Assembly (NCBI GenBank): GCA_047495785.1 | Contig: JBLDXI010000084.1 | Location: forward strand, 1 to 64,000 | From: Lepidodermella squamata | Taxonomy: Eukaryota > Animalia > Gastrotricha | Direction: 5' to 3' | Length of the DNA stretch: 64,000 nucleotides | Shown here: positions 62,550 to 64,000 of the stretch, piece by piece | How the letters are laid out: each line of letters begins with the position of its first letter | Numbering within the stretch: the first letter of the stretch is position 1 | Position numbers and translations under genes: made by a program | The notes under the pieces: generated by a model | What the model was told of the DNA's origin: nothing | Seen by the model: only the letters and a program-made list of their open reading frames with translations | Database searches by the model: none

Positions 62550-63671
62550 TCAGTCTCGCCAGCCCCACTGCGTCGCCTTCTTCTGCGCCTCCTGCATCAC
62601 AACCATAGCCACGCCTGAAAGTCACAGTCAGTCAGTCATCAGCCTGGCGAAAACTGAGTAAAGTACTTACCGGCGCCGGTGAAAGCCCGCAGCGAGCCGG
62701 GCAGCATGCCGCGGTACAGGCCGAAGAAGCCCACTTCGCGGAACAGCTTCGACAGCCGCCGCCACGTCGAGTCGTTGGGCGAGCCGTAGCCGGCCTGGAT
62801 CTGCGTTCGCACGTACTCCAGCGGCCACACCGTCCACCTGGTGAAACAAGAGACACAACACAAACACAAACACGCTATGAATCGATCGGCCATTTATATA
62901 ATATGAGAGGTAACGATAGAAACCTTTTCTCCAGAAAGCTTTCCAACCCAATAATTTCAGTTTTTCTCACAAAATCGACCGAAAATATAGACTCCTCACC
63001 ATGCTGAGGTGGCGGCGAAGCCTGACGTGAAGAGCGGGCCGAAGAACGGGTACGTGAAAGCGTCGGGGCAGTTGCGGCGCATCGTGTCGACAATGACAAA
63101 GTACGACGTGAGGAGGGGCGCCGAGCGGATCAGCAACGAGCCGTAGCCGTGGAACAACTCGCGGAAGTGCCACGTTTCGCCGATTTGCCGCTTGATCTTC
63201 GCGTATTCCAGCGGGCACTCGACGATGGAGCGCAGACAGCCGGACACGACGCCGCCGGCGAGCACGCGCAACTGCAGCCCACCAGTATATGGAATTTCGG
63301 TGCGGCACGCGTCGTTGTCCAGCAGCGTGTAAGTGGCTTCGAATGCGGCGAACTGCACAGACCGGTAAATGGCTGAGCCCCACAGCGGTGGGATGCAGCC
63401 GCGGTACAGGCCGATGAAGCCGTCCTGTTTGACGGTGCGGCCGAGTGCCTGGACGATGCCGAGCTTCTCGAAGCCAGCCTGCGCCTGCATTTTCGTCTTC
63501 AGCGTGTCGAACGGGTGCGCGACGATGACGTAGCTGGAGCCGTAGAGCACGCCGGCCGCCAGTGAGATGGCACCCTCGCGGATCCAGTGGCTACGATGCA
63601 ATCAATGATCATGATGACATTTACATTCAATCGCGTGTGTCTACTCACCTCCGCGGTTCATTGTGCGTCAT
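62550..63671 (-). CDS. Mitochondrial carrier family (SLC25) protein, ~281 aa, 4 exons; substrate unknown
   Basis: Exons 63671-63649, 63590-63000, 62837-62671 and 62614-62550, joined by GT-AG introns of 58, 162 and 56 nt, give an open 846-nt frame MTHNEPRSHWIREG...QWGWRD*. Three PX[DE]XX[KR] motifs (PFDTLK, PLEYAK, PLEYVR) and two GxxGLYRG motifs are present. Confidence 0.92.
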
Positions 63672-64000
63672 CTATGCTCGCTAAGTGGCTATGCTCGCCA
63701 ATTTCACAGCCTTTTGCTTGTTGCAATAATAGTCGTAAGACAGACACACTACAGAGATTCTGGCGTAAAACCTCTACAATAACGTCATGAATGATCAACC
63801 TTTATTGAGAATTGTGTTTTTTCTTCTTGTCATTTTTCAAAGCAGCTGCCCTGCTCTCTCTCTCTCACAAGTTAGTTTTGTATATCTTGAAGCAGCAGCT
63901 GCGAGATCTTTTTTTCATATAGGTAAGACCATTAAAGATGATGATTTCAACACTTGATCATTATTATTATCCCGAAATAAGCATCATCATCATCATTGGC

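Noticed and set aside
62632-63790. Overlapping alternative-frame and antisense ORFs around the carrier gene
   Set aside because: These are shadows of the GC-rich SLC25 exons; the spliced model accounts for the coding signal

Overview
Eukaryotic nuclear DNA (tRNA sequences look animal-like; the taxon cannot be fixed from the sequence). Positions 1-59804 are one dense tandem array of RNA polymerase III tRNA genes: about 341 full-length genes plus 2 truncated ones by my manual count, roughly one per 175 bp. No CCA is encoded, genes have oligo-T terminators, and tRNA-Tyr has a 13-nt intron. The whole array derives from one ~6.05-kb master cassette (intact at 16199-22254) with 35 genes and 31 anticodons covering 19 of 20 amino acids; Met is absent. 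Sub-repeats of 1962, ~2828 and 1261 bp have their junctions inside paralogous tRNA genes (Glu/Glu, Gly/Gly, Ser/Ser). The array flips orientation at 23249/23250, forming a ~4.6-kb-arm palindrome whose two arms both carry an unusual tRNA-Phe(AAA). After 59804 comes unique AT-rich DNA and a 4-exon mitochondrial carrier (SLC25) gene on the minus strand. The ORFs called inside the array are spurious. Individual tRNAs are listed once per cassette position plus notable variants; other copies are covered by the repeat features.
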